In this document: positions 1-8,842 of the stretch, piece by piece | Layout: each line of letters starts with the position of its first letter | Position numbering within the stretch: position 1 is the first letter of the stretch | Notes under the pieces: model-generated | Databases searched by the model: none | The model's input: the letters and a program-made list of their open reading frames with translations, nothing else | What the model was told of the DNA's origin: nothing | Assembly (NCBI GenBank): GCA_046483985.1 | Contig: JAWOCD010000040.1 | Coordinates: 56,409 to 120,408, forward strand | Direction: 5' to 3' | Source: Promethearchaeia archaeon | Lineage (GTDB): Archaea; Asgardarchaeota; Lokiarchaeia; Sigyniarchaeales; SOKP01 | Length of the DNA: 64,000 nt | Translations under genes and position numbers: made by a program

Positions 1-623
1 TCTTGGAGGAAAGAGATTTGGGATGATATTCCCTCAGCACACCATTCATGAGTATTACTGAAAGTATTTTTCTCCTCATCCAACTGAAATAAGTAAGCAC
101 GACTCGCGTCTACAAATTTTCCAATCTTTCTCAAGGCAAAATTAATCTTTTCATCGAAATTTTTTAATTCTACAAATTTAGAAGAAATCTCGGACAAAAT
201 ACTTTCAAGTTTTAATTTCTGATCCAATTTATGTGTCTTTTTTTTTAGTTCAGAAATGTTATGTAGATACATAATCACATACTTCGGTGGAAAATAGGTA
301 TATATTGCCCTAAAATATAGCCGCTCTTTAGAATCTTTTAGTTTATATTTGATTTTTTTTGAAATTTTTTTCTTTTTCTTATAAGCATTTCCCAAATCAT
401 CCACTATCTCTGGTTGATCTTCATAAAAAGAAGAAGCTGAAACGTCTGAAATGTCTGTGGAATCATATATCATGCCTGCCGAAAATTTATATCCCGCTCG
501 ATTATATCCTGCCAAAATCAGATTTTGATCTTCTTTTTCCCAGATAAAAAAAGGATCAGGAAGATAATTAATCAATTGGGTGAATTTTTCCGGAATTTCC
601 TGTTTTTCGTGTGAATGCTCCAA
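1..623 (-). CDS. PAS/GAF sensor protein, probably a signal-transduction histidine kinase (5' part; runs off the window edge)
   Basis: Manual translation from TTG at 623 stays open to position 1: PAS-like 'LINYLPDPFFIW...YNRAG' then GAF-like 'VDASRAYLFQLDEEKNTFSNTHEWCAEGISSQ'. Not in the ORF track because there is no stop inside the window. Confidence 0.75.
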   Translation of the reverse strand, partial: MEHSHEKQEIPEKFTQLINYLPDPFFIWEKEDQNLILAGYNRAGYKFSAGMIYDSTDISDVSASSFYEDQPEIVDDLGNAYKKKKKISKKIKYKLKDSKERLYFRAIYTYFPPKYVIMYLHNISELKKKTHKLDQKLKLESILSEISSKFVELKNFDEKINFALRKIGKFVDASRAYLFQLDEEKNTFSNTHEWCAEGISSQISFLQ

Positions 624-735
624 GAAACCACAAAATTTTGGTTAAATGAATAGGGATTAGAAAAATATATCAAATATATATTATATATGTTAAAGAATTT
701 CTTTTTATATTTTTGTTTAATTTGTTTACAAAAAA

Positions 736-925
736 TTAAATCCATCCCCAAAACGTTAGGGCTAAGTTGGATCCTTCTTTCTCCCTCAATATTCGTTCTT
801 GCTGGTTAAAAATGGCTTCTTTACGGTTATCATCAATTCCTTTTATATTGTCTCGAATTTCAATTCTTGCATACCCTTCCTCATCTTTCGTTACTTCTGT
901 GATTTTTATGAAAGTTTTGGCTTTT
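736..925 (-). pseudogene. Decayed histidine-kinase ATPase (HATPase_c) fragment
   Basis: Translates 'YARIEIRDNIKGIDDNRKEAIFNQ...EKEGSNLALT', resembling G1 (DNGxG), F and G2 (GxGLGL) boxes with key Gly residues lost; no start codon, in-frame stop upstream. Confidence 0.55.
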
Positions 926-1143
926 TAATGTTTGTTAAGCAATTTTTTTGCCCATTTTAATTGATCTTGGATGGTGCTCAAATTAGATCTTACATTTTTA
1001 TCTTTTTATGACTCAGAAAGCAGCATAAAGATTATATCGAGAGGAAATTGAATGATTTGGGAAATATTTCTAATGTCATGATTAAAAAAAGAAAAGAAAA
1101 AAACGTTGGATGCTTTCACCCGTTTAGATCATTTAGTTAAAAT

Positions 1144-2076
1144 TTATTCGCCTTTGATAATTTTCTCTAGATAAGGGAAAAATCTGGTGTAATGGACTGC
1201 CATGCAATGGATACCGTCAATTAAATCCTTGCTTTTGAGCTCTGTAATAAATGGTTTAAAGTGCTTATAGTTCAGTTCGTCGTACATCTCCCTCTTCTTC
1301 TCTTTATTGGGGGCATTTTTCTTTACGTCTTTCCAACTCGCAAGGACCTCTTTTGGAACATCTACTCCAGGCACAAACATATCAAAACCTTTTGCAATAC
1401 CATAAGATTTCATCGGAAAAATTCCAAGCATTATCGGCACATCATATTTTTTAATTTCTTTTAAAAATTCGATGGTTTTGTCGATATCATAGACAACTTG
1501 TGTTTGAAAGAATTCTGCTCCTGCTTTTGCCTTTCTCTTGATTTTAAGCACTTCAGACATCATCGGATCTGCATTTGGATTCGCAGCCGCACCAACATGA
1601 AGAGTGGGTGGATGTTCGATTTCTTCTCCATTTATCTTCCCAGTATCAACCATTTCTCTTACCATCTGAACAAGAGTAGCGGAATCTAAATCAAATACGG
1701 GTTTACATTCCGGCATATCTCCCATTGCAGGATGATCTCCGGTAAGTGACAGTACATTCCGAATTCCTAATGCATGTGCTCCCATAATCATTCCAGCAAT
1801 GCCTAATCTATTACAATCTCGTACAGTTAATTGCCATACACATTCCAAACCCGTCTCATCTTGGATAATTTTTGTAGCTGCCATCGAATTAATGGTGACA
1901 ATGCCCAGCGGACTGTCGGTGACGTTCGCGGCAGTCACATATGGAGCCATTTCCTTTGCCTCTTCTACTGTATGGGAAAGATCGCATGTTTTCTCAGGTT
2001 CAAGTTCTCCAGTTAACACAAAATCTCCACTAGCTAATTTTTCTCCTAATTTTGAATATATTTTCTTATCTGACAT
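1144..2076 (-). CDS. metF: Methylenetetrahydrofolate reductase catalytic subunit (copy 1)
   Basis: GELEP, NVTD, 'RDCNR', 'LSLTGD', 'KAKAGAEFFQTQ' and 'GIHCM' MTHFR motifs; directly downstream of metV. Confidence 0.9.
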   Translation of the reverse strand: MSDKKIYSKLGEKLASGDFVLTGELEPEKTCDLSHTVEEAKEMAPYVTAANVTDSPLGIVTINSMAATKIIQDETGLECVWQLTVRDCNRLGIAGMIMGAHALGIRNVLSLTGDHPAMGDMPECKPVFDLDSATLVQMVREMVDTGKINGEEIEHPPTLHVGAAANPNADPMMSEVLKIKRKAKAGAEFFQTQVVYDIDKTIEFLKEIKKYDVPIMLGIFPMKSYGIAKGFDMFVPGVDVPKEVLASWKDVKKNAPNKEKKREMYDELNYKHFKPFITELKSKDLIDGIHCMAVHYTRFFPYLEKIIKGE

Positions 2077-2091
2077 TTGTCTAATTCACCT

Positions 2092-2772
2092 CTATCTAAA
2101 TACAACCTCTTGCTGGTGCCCAGTATCTGACCAGTCTCGAGGTTCTCGTAGTTTTTCGAATAAATCTAACCTTCCTAAGGCTTTTAACCGCTCGAAAATT
2201 AGGACCCAGCCGCAATCTCGTTCGTAATCGTCCACTTCACACTTTCCTTCCACCATACCGCCGCATGGACCATTCATAAGTCCTTTTGCGCACGTAGTAA
2301 TAGGGCAGATGCCTCCCGTATAATTTAACAAACAGTCTCCGCAAGCTCCACACCGTTTATAAAAACGTCCGATTCGCTTAGTTTCCCCAATAAATTCTGT
2401 GTTATTGGTAATCAATACGGGAACATCAGCATAATCGGAATGTCTCTTCTGAAGCACATGGGTAATACTGGCAACCCCCAATCCGCAACTTAACGTAAGA
2501 ACCGCATCCATCTCAGGTAATATATCTCTGACCTTTCGAAGGTCTTTCATCATCACCCGATTGTCACAAACATCTTCGGCAACGATGGTGGTTAATACTT
2601 CATAGCCTTTTTCAGTGAGTTTTTCCTCCCACTCTTCAGCACCTTCGGTACCGCCAGTCTGGCAGAGTGCGGCACAAGTCCCGCAACTGACCAACAAAAT
2701 CTTTTCTACGCCAAAATCTTCTAGCGCTTCAAAAACCTCTTCTTTAGGTTTTTTCGTGGTAATAACTACCAT
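2092..2772 (-). CDS. metV: MetV-type Fe-S/Zn subunit of MTHFR (copy 1)
   Basis: 'CGTCAALC', 'CGACGDC...GGICPITTCAKGLMNGPCGG...CEV...CGW' Cys pattern; 15 nt upstream of metF. Confidence 0.88.
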   Translation of the reverse strand: MVVITTKKPKEEVFEALEDFGVEKILLVSCGTCAALCQTGGTEGAEEWEEKLTEKGYEVLTTIVAEDVCDNRVMMKDLRKVRDILPEMDAVLTLSCGLGVASITHVLQKRHSDYADVPVLITNNTEFIGETKRIGRFYKRCGACGDCLLNYTGGICPITTCAKGLMNGPCGGMVEGKCEVDDYERDCGWVLIFERLKALGRLDLFEKLREPRDWSDTGHQQEVVFR

Positions 2773-3263
2773 TTTTATTATACCTCTTTAAGTTATTTAA
2801 TTATTTATGATAACATTTATTTTGTAGTTAGGAAAATTAATGAGAGAAATTAAGGTTAATCCTTACATATCATAAGTGAAATTATAGTAGAGCGATCTTG
2901 TCATCGTGAACATTTTCGCTTTTCAGATATACTTTCTCTTGATTATTGACGAAAATGATAGTTTGAGAGGCTTTTTTATGTCATTTTCAACAAAAGCATA
3001 AATCGAATATGAAAAGTTATAATATTTTTTGAATTGAAGAAAAATTTGGGTATTGTTCAATCAGATCAAAATAAAGACGAATAGGAATTAATGATTGATG
3101 AATAATTAATAAAAAATTCAATACTCCTAAAAAGCTAGATTGAGATTTATAGATTCAAATCGATAATTTTAAATCCTAATGTCTATTATTTCTATGTGAG
3201 TCTTAATAATAAAACGATAAAGGAATACACAAAGAATTGGTGATTTAAATAGCTGTAACTTAC

Positions 3264-4946
3264 ATGAAGAAGCTGGAAGAAGAACCAAGATCATATAAAT
3301 CCCAGTTTACGCAATTAACAAAAGGTATAAACTTAAAAGCTCAAGAATGGATTTTATCGAAGGTCGATACCAACCAATCGATTCTGGAAGCGGGTTGTGG
3401 AACGGGTTTATTAGCACATAAACTAGCCCTTAAAGGAAATACGGTGAGGGCAATAGACAAGAACCCCAAAATGATAGAATTTGCTTCGGACAAATATCAG
3501 CAAGATAAGGAGAACAATCTTACATATCAAGTTGCTTCTATTGAAGATTTACCAGTTGATCAAAGATCACAAGATATCATCATCAGTACCTTTATGCTTT
3601 CGGAATTAAGGCCATTTGAACAGCAAACTTTTCTTCGGAACGCTTGGAAGGCTCTAAAAGAGGGGGGGAAACTAATCCTTGCTTCAGAATTTATAGCCTC
3701 AGGTATATGGAAATTGGGCTTCAAGTTAAAAAGATGGAGATATAAAAAAAAATTAGAACGCCTTAAACTCCCCGCCACTCATCCCTTGGAAAATTTTTAC
3801 CAGTATTTAGAACCAATAGGGTTTAAAATTCTTAACGAAACCAAATGGAATCACGGCACTATCCATGTACTTGAATTACAGAAGACAATTAGAGGAGATC
3901 TGGATCAGAACGATGAGGAAGGATTATCTAAAAATAAACCAGGGTACTATCGTCCAGAATCCCTTAAATTTAAGGGATTAAGTTCACAGTTAAAAATCTA
4001 CCGGTGTCTTTTTACGGGACAAATAGATAATGTGCCGATAGAACCTGGAATTTATCAATCTGGCAATCCTGATAAGGAATCACCAATCATAGTTACGGCA
4101 AACTATTACTACACCTATGCAAAGGTTATGCGCAACTTAGAAGGGATTGATGCTTGGGTTTTATGTGTTGATACAAATGGAATTAATGTGTGGTGTGCCG
4201 CTCGAGGGGGAGACTTCGGTAATCAGCAATTATTAGAAGCGATAAACGCCACCAATATTCAAGACCTAACAGACTCTCGTACCCTGATACTCCCTCAATT
4301 AGCCGCGGGAGGGGTTGCGTTACCCAAACTTCCTGAAGATCCAAAAGATTTTCCATTTTCCGTAGAATATGGTCCGATATGGTCCAAATATCTAAAAGAG
4401 TATCTCAAACAAGAAGGGGGGCAGAGAAAGACTCCCGAAATGAAACGAGCAAAATTTACGCTTTCCCATAGAATCAGGGCGGGAGTGACCCATACCACCT
4501 TTCTATTCCGAAAAATCTTTGCAAAACCTCTGATAGTGATTTTTTTGGCTCTTTTCCTCCTTAACTACTTTAATTTTATAAATAGATTATGGTGGATGGG
4601 GGACCTCATTTTATGGCTTTTAATCCCCAATTTACTCATTCCAATCATATATCCCCTTTCCCAATTTACAAGAAAATTTATCTTTAAGGGAACCTTATTT
4701 GGTACTATAAATATCTTCCTCTCGGGTTTTATCTCATGGGTAATGTATGGATCCTTACTGTATTCTGCACTTAATTCCATACTTTTTTTCTGGATAACTT
4801 TCTTCAGTACAATGTCCTTTAGCGGTTATACGATGTCAACAAACCCCCGAAAAATTCAAGAGGAATACTCAACATTCCGTAAAATCAACGTTATTTTACT
4901 GTTATCAGCGATAATATTAACATTTTTAAGTTTAGTATTTATTTAA
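3264..4946 (+). CDS. hgcA: HgcA-like corrinoid protein with N-terminal class I SAM-methyltransferase domain and C-terminal transmembrane domain
   Basis: N-terminal 'ILEAGCGTG' SAM motif I; central 'EPGIYQSGNPDKESPIIVTANY...LCVDTNGINVWCAARGG...LILPQLAAGGV...YGP' (CdhD/HgcA corrinoid domain with cap-helix NVWCAA); about 5 TM helices ending 'FSGYTMSTNPRKIQEE'; followed by an hgcB-like gene. Confidence 0.82.
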   Translation: MKKLEEEPRSYKSQFTQLTKGINLKAQEWILSKVDTNQSILEAGCGTGLLAHKLALKGNTVRAIDKNPKMIEFASDKYQQDKENNLTYQVASIEDLPVDQRSQDIIISTFMLSELRPFEQQTFLRNAWKALKEGGKLILASEFIASGIWKLGFKLKRWRYKKKLERLKLPATHPLENFYQYLEPIGFKILNETKWNHGTIHVLELQKTIRGDLDQNDEEGLSKNKPGYYRPESLKFKGLSSQLKIYRCLFTGQIDNVPIEPGIYQSGNPDKESPIIVTANYYYTYAKVMRNLEGIDAWVLCVDTNGINVWCAARGGDFGNQQLLEAINATNIQDLTDSRTLILPQLAAGGVALPKLPEDPKDFPFSVEYGPIWSKYLKEYLKQEGGQRKTPEMKRAKFTLSHRIRAGVTHTTFLFRKIFAKPLIVIFLALFLLNYFNFINRLWWMGDLILWLLIPNLLIPIIYPLSQFTRKFIFKGTLFGTINIFLSGFISWVMYGSLLYSALNSILFFWITFFSTMSFSGYTMSTNPRKIQEEYSTFRKINVILLLSAIILTFLSLVFI

Positions 4947-5006
4947 TTAATGGAAATATCTAAAAGAAAGAAATAGAATATAATAATTAAAGAAAAATGG
5001 AAGTGT

Positions 5007-5354
5007 TTGAATGATATGATTCGAAATACAATAAATGACAAAGAGAATTCTAGTTGTTGTTCGTCTCCTAATATGGGAAATATTATGGGGGCACTTGATA
5101 TTCCGGTTTTTATTGATCCGTCAAAATGTGTAGGATGCGGTTTTTGTGAAGAATTATGCCCCTTTGGGCTTCCCAAAAATGACGGAAAGGGAAAATATTA
5201 TGTGGAGGCCCCCGAAGAATGTGTTGAGTGCAGTGCATGTCAGCGAAACTGTCCTGCAGATGCAATCATCTTGGAGGAACAAAAAGGATGTGGGTGTTTA
5301 TGGGATGCAAAAAACCGAATAAAGGAAAAGAATAATACATCTAAATGCTGTTAA
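5007..5354 (+). CDS. hgcB: HgcB-like 2x[4Fe-4S] ferredoxin
   Basis: CxxCxxCxxxCP twice (CVGCGFCEELCP; CVECSACQRNCP), 'GCGC' and terminal 'CC'; immediately downstream of the hgcA-like gene. Exact start uncertain. Confidence 0.8.
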   Translation: MNDMIRNTINDKENSSCCSSPNMGNIMGALDIPVFIDPSKCVGCGFCEELCPFGLPKNDGKGKYYVEAPEECVECSACQRNCPADAIILEEQKGCGCLWDAKNRIKEKNNTSKCC

Positions 5355-5380
5355 CATAATGAGATTTCTCATAAAAATTC

Positions 5381-5565
5381 TCATTTGGATTCTTGTATAG
5401 CAAACTTGCAAAACGCAATTTGATCTTCCAAGAACTCAATAAACCTTTTCTTTTCGTCAGATTTCTCAACAGATTCTAACTTACTCAGTATTTCCTCTAG
5501 TTTTTGGACTACTCGTTTATTTTTAACAGGATTTTTCTTATCTCTTTATTTTTATCATTTGTCAT
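5381..5565 (-). pseudogene. Small helical protein gene with an apparent 1-nt frameshift
   Basis: GGTGAG SD then ATG at 5565 gives MTNDKNKEIRKILLKINE*; another frame continues VQKLEEILSKLE...FAIQESK* to 5381. Span 185 nt, one short of a multiple of 3. Confidence 0.4.
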
Positions 5566-5567
5566 TT

Positions 5568-6299
5568 TTACTCACCATATGATGATTCTGCCATTCGCTC
5601 TGCCAATTCTTCTTTCAATTCTCGAATAAATCGGTTTAGTTCTTCACTTTGAGAAAGAAATTCTTCATTATGCAGCCCATTTATTAAAGAGAGAATATGA
5701 ATTATGCCAGAAACCTCCTTATCACATGTGTGCCCGAACCGAGGTGCTCTGCATTCATGGCAGACACGGAGAGCAAAATCTTGGAGAGTTTCAACATCCA
5801 ACTTCTTATTTTGTATAAACTTAGCACCTGCCTCTGAAGAGCCACAAGGAGAAACTCGTCTAATTTTTATAAACTTTACATCTCCATTATTATCTACTTT
5901 AAGATCAAAATTAGGTTTTCCGAATTTCTCAGCAAAAGCGTCAATCTCTTGAATCCGCATATTGGGTTCTAATGAACACATTGTGCGCGGACCGATTGAT
6001 TTTGAATTTATATCTTTTACTTGCCTTAATAGACCTCTCCCAGGAGTTATCCCTAATATTAATGGTTTTTGAAGTTCTGCGATTTCTAATATGATATCTG
6101 GGTGCCTAACATACACAACATATAAGTCACATTCTGGGATTTTTAAATCTAATCCATCATCAAGCATAATATTCGGTGAAATATCGGGAACTTCAATCCA
6201 GTTAGTGGAAAAAAATCTCTTAAAGTTTTCATAAGCTCTTTCCCCATATTTTCCATCTGTAATTAACCCAATAGTTATGACTCTATCTTCTTCATTCAT
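5568..6299 (-). CDS. DUF166-family protein
   Basis: 'DGKYGERA', 'HPD', 'P..MCSL', 'FGKP', 'RVSPCGS' and a C-terminal Cys/His pattern typical of archaeal DUF166. Confidence 0.65.
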   Translation of the reverse strand: MNEEDRVITIGLITDGKYGERAYENFKRFFSTNWIEVPDISPNIMLDDGLDLKIPECDLYVVYVRHPDIILEIAELQKPLILGITPGRGLLRQVKDINSKSIGPRTMCSLEPNMRIQEIDAFAEKFGKPNFDLKVDNNGDVKFIKIRRVSPCGSSEAGAKFIQNKKLDVETLQDFALRVCHECRAPRFGHTCDKEVSGIIHILSLINGLHNEEFLSQSEELNRFIRELKEELAERMAESSYGE

Positions 6300-6342
6300 T
6301 GTTTAAGCTCTGAGAAAAGGATTTAGATCAAAAATAAATTAG

Positions 6343-6762
6343 TTATTTTGTCCCATAGAGCTCGTCAACTTTTTGAGAGATCTCTTCCGCTATAATTTTT
6401 GCTAATTTCAAACCTTTATCTCCTAAGCGTCTTGAACTATCTGGAATTAATTCTGGGTGGGCATCCATAAATTCTTTAACATTAACCATCGCCGCGGGTT
6501 TTCCACTATATTTATCTACGGCAACCCTTGCACATTCCTCTTCACAGCCTTCTACAGTAATGGTTGGATGATTCTTAGCAAAATCTCTCTCTTCTTGGCC
6601 TCCATGTCTTTCCAAACCCCCAGCCATAAAGAGTGGTTGGCATAAAATGATTGTTCGATTGGGACGTAATTCTTCAACGACCATTCTTGCAGCCGCTCTT
6701 GTTAAGGTACCCCCAACTAAATCTTCTCCACTACAAGCGATAATCCCTACTTTTTTTTTCAA
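6343..6762 (-). CDS. DGC-domain (putative Zn/metal-binding) protein
   Basis: 'IIACSG...C...TVEGCEEECA'; start placed at TTG 6762 after GGAGGAGG SD rather than 6801. Confidence 0.75.
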   Translation of the reverse strand: MKKKVGIIACSGEDLVGGTLTRAAARMVVEELRPNRTIILCQPLFMAGGLERHGGQEERDFAKNHPTITVEGCEEECARVAVDKYSGKPAAMVNVKEFMDAHPELIPDSSRRLGDKGLKLAKIIAEEISQKVDELYGTK

Positions 6763-6763
6763 C

Positions 6764-7186
6764 TTAATCCTCCTCCTTCTCATTATTATGAAGTAATTCA
6801 TCTACTTTAGTAGCTATTTTTTCGGCAAGTTTTTTTGATAATTTTTTTGTATTTTCGCCAATGGGTATAATTTTTTGTTCTGGTTTAAGATCTCGATTCT
6901 CTTTTACCACATCTGTGGTCATAAATTGAGCGTCCACCTTACCAGTAGCTTTTTTGAGGTCGTTAAATGAGCATTTTAGAGGGCATCCATCAACCGAAAT
7001 TACATAATTTTCTTTCATTTTTTTGATTGTTTCGTCTTTCCCCTTAACAATCAATGGTAAACATTCGATTTCTGCTTTTTTTTTAGCCAATTCATCCACA
7101 ACAATATAAGCCGCTTCTCTGCCAATGCTACCAAAAACTTTCCCTATTCCACTACAAGGTATAATATATACTTTTTTCTTATTCAT
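6764..7186 (-). CDS. DGC-domain protein
   Basis: 'IIPCSGIGK...CLP...SVDGCPLKCS' DGC signature. Confidence 0.82.
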   Translation of the reverse strand: MNKKKVYIIPCSGIGKVFGSIGREAAYIVVDELAKKKAEIECLPLIVKGKDETIKKMKENYVISVDGCPLKCSFNDLKKATGKVDAQFMTTDVVKENRDLKPEQKIIPIGENTKKLSKKLAEKIATKVDELLHNNEKEED

Positions 7187-7197
7187 TTCACATACAT

Positions 7198-8073
7198 CTA
7201 TTCTTTTTTATGATGATTTTTTTCCTTTTCCGCTTTATCTTTCATATATTTAAAATAATCTGGACCATCCATCAAAAATTCCTTATCTTCTTCAAAATTT
7301 TCTAATTTTATTTCGGCAAACCACCCTTTTTGATAAGCATCTTTATTCAATAATTCGGGTTGGTCATTTAAGTTGTGATTAATATTTATAATCTCTCCAG
7401 AGGCAGGAGAAATAAGCTGCAGAACCGTTTTTGTAGATTCAAAATTCCCTACGTCATCAAATTGTTCAATCTTTTTACCTTTTTCTGGAAGATCAACAAA
7501 TAAGATATCACCAGCACTATTTTGTAAATAGTCCGAAATTCCAAGAAGTGCAGTATCTCCTACTGGTTTTACCCAACAATCGTTCTCATTAAAATAGTAT
7601 CCCGATTTTGGGACTCGAAATCTGTATTTATCGATAACCGTTTCAAAATAGTTAATTTCATCAAATTCTCTTTCTTTGCCTTCAATTTTCTCCTTAGGCT
7701 CTGTTAATTCGTCCATGATATATTTAGAAATTTTTTCTACTAATTTTTCTCCTTCTTCAGTTAAAGTTAAATCCTTACCAGGTTTCATCTTAAATTTTTT
7801 CAACATCTCCGGTATTGAAACTCTTAAAACAATATTGGATTGAATATTCTTAACTAATTTGGTTGCACAACGTGTCATACATCCATCGATAATTATGACT
7901 TTATAGTTAGTTACCATTTCTTCATATTTTTCGTTTCCCGAATTCAATGATACCGGACAAATAATTTTGATATTATCTTCCATTTCATTGAGTTTTAAGG
8001 CGACTTCTCTTGCGACTACGCCAAGAATCTTATCTAATCCATTACACGGCAAAACACATAGTTTTTCTTTCAT
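7198..8073 (-). CDS. DGC domain fused to a glycine-cleavage-H-like lipoyl domain
   Basis: N-terminal 'LPCNG...ICP...IIDGCMTRCA'; C-terminal 'WVK...LGISDYLQ...GDILFVDLP...FESTKT...SPASGEI...N..L..QPELLNKDAY..GW' with the lipoyl-acceptor Lys (ESTK) retained. Confidence 0.85.
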   Translation of the reverse strand: MKEKLCVLPCNGLDKILGVVAREVALKLNEMEDNIKIICPVSLNSGNEKYEEMVTNYKVIIIDGCMTRCATKLVKNIQSNIVLRVSIPEMLKKFKMKPGKDLTLTEEGEKLVEKISKYIMDELTEPKEKIEGKEREFDEINYFETVIDKYRFRVPKSGYYFNENDCWVKPVGDTALLGISDYLQNSAGDILFVDLPEKGKKIEQFDDVGNFESTKTVLQLISPASGEIININHNLNDQPELLNKDAYQKGWFAEIKLENFEEDKEFLMDGPDYFKYMKDKAEKEKNHHKKE

Positions 8074-8092
8074 AAAGACACCCTAAAATTTT

Positions 8093-8389
8093 TTATTTCC
8101 CTCTAATCTTTTTAATCTGAGCCTTAACGTCTTTTTTATCTGGAAAAGAAAGTGCGTCCAAAGGACATGCTTTTGAACACGCTCGACAAAACACAACACA
8201 ATTATGGGGATGTTTAACAATTAATTTTTTTTCCTCGCTTTCTATTTTTTCAAAGACATCATGCGGACAAAATTCAGTACAATCCATACAAAAATCGCAC
8301 TTATCATAGTCTATTGTTGGATGCCATTCAATTTTATTTCGTGGGACTCCCATAAATGTTTCTTTATTTGAATCATATCCCTTACTCAT
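8093..8389 (-). CDS. 4Fe-4S dicluster ferredoxin
   Basis: CDFCMDCTEFCP and CVVFCRACSKACP; start probably the Met at 8389, overlapping the upstream gene's stop. Confidence 0.85.
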   Translation of the reverse strand: MSKGYDSNKETFMGVPRNKIEWHPTIDYDKCDFCMDCTEFCPHDVFEKIESEEKKLIVKHPHNCVVFCRACSKACPLDALSFPDKKDVKAQIKKIRGK

Positions 8390-8777
8390 TATTCTCATCC
8401 TCCTTGATTTCTTTTAATGTTTTTTCTACTAAATCCACGGCTTCTTGAGTTGTCATTTCTCTTATATCTAGAGGGACTAGATCTTCTTTAACATCTAATC
8501 CCGCCTTTTTAAATGCGTCCTTGAATAGTTTATATTGCATGGTTGCAGCACATCCAGCAACCATATATTTTTTTCCAGCTTTTAGAAAATCATCCCAAAA
8601 CCTATCGCCATCTTCCTCACATAATTGTGGGTGGATAAATCCGTATTCCACGGGTAATTCAATTCGAACTTGGTTAATGAAATCCCAAATATCCATCTTG
8701 GCAAAACCAGGACATTTTCCCGTGCAGACACACATTATAAATCCAATCTTTTTTTCTTCTTGTGCTTCTGAACTCAT
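8382..8777 (-). CDS. Stand-alone HdrA N-terminal-like Cys domain protein
   Basis: 'KIGFIMCVC...LC...MVAGC...LFKDAFKKAGL...DIRE' aligns by eye with 'RIGVFVCEC...YSC...VVAAC...LFQKTIREAGL...SIRE' inside HdrA (22294..25830). Confidence 0.75.
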   Translation of the reverse strand: MSSEAQEEKKIGFIMCVCTGKCPGFAKMDIWDFINQVRIELPVEYGFIHPQLCEEDGDRFWDDFLKAGKKYMVAGCAATMQYKLFKDAFKKAGLDVKEDLVPLDIREMTTQEAVDLVEKTLKEIKEDENNE

Positions 8778-8842
8778 TCAAATCATTCTTAAGTTTAATT
8801 TAGTTTTATTTAATTAAGTTAACTTTTTTATATTTATAAATG

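Noticed and set aside
7198-8073. Calling this a glycine cleavage system operon
   Set aside because: Only an H-like domain is present, fused to DGC; no P, T or L subunit genes in the window.
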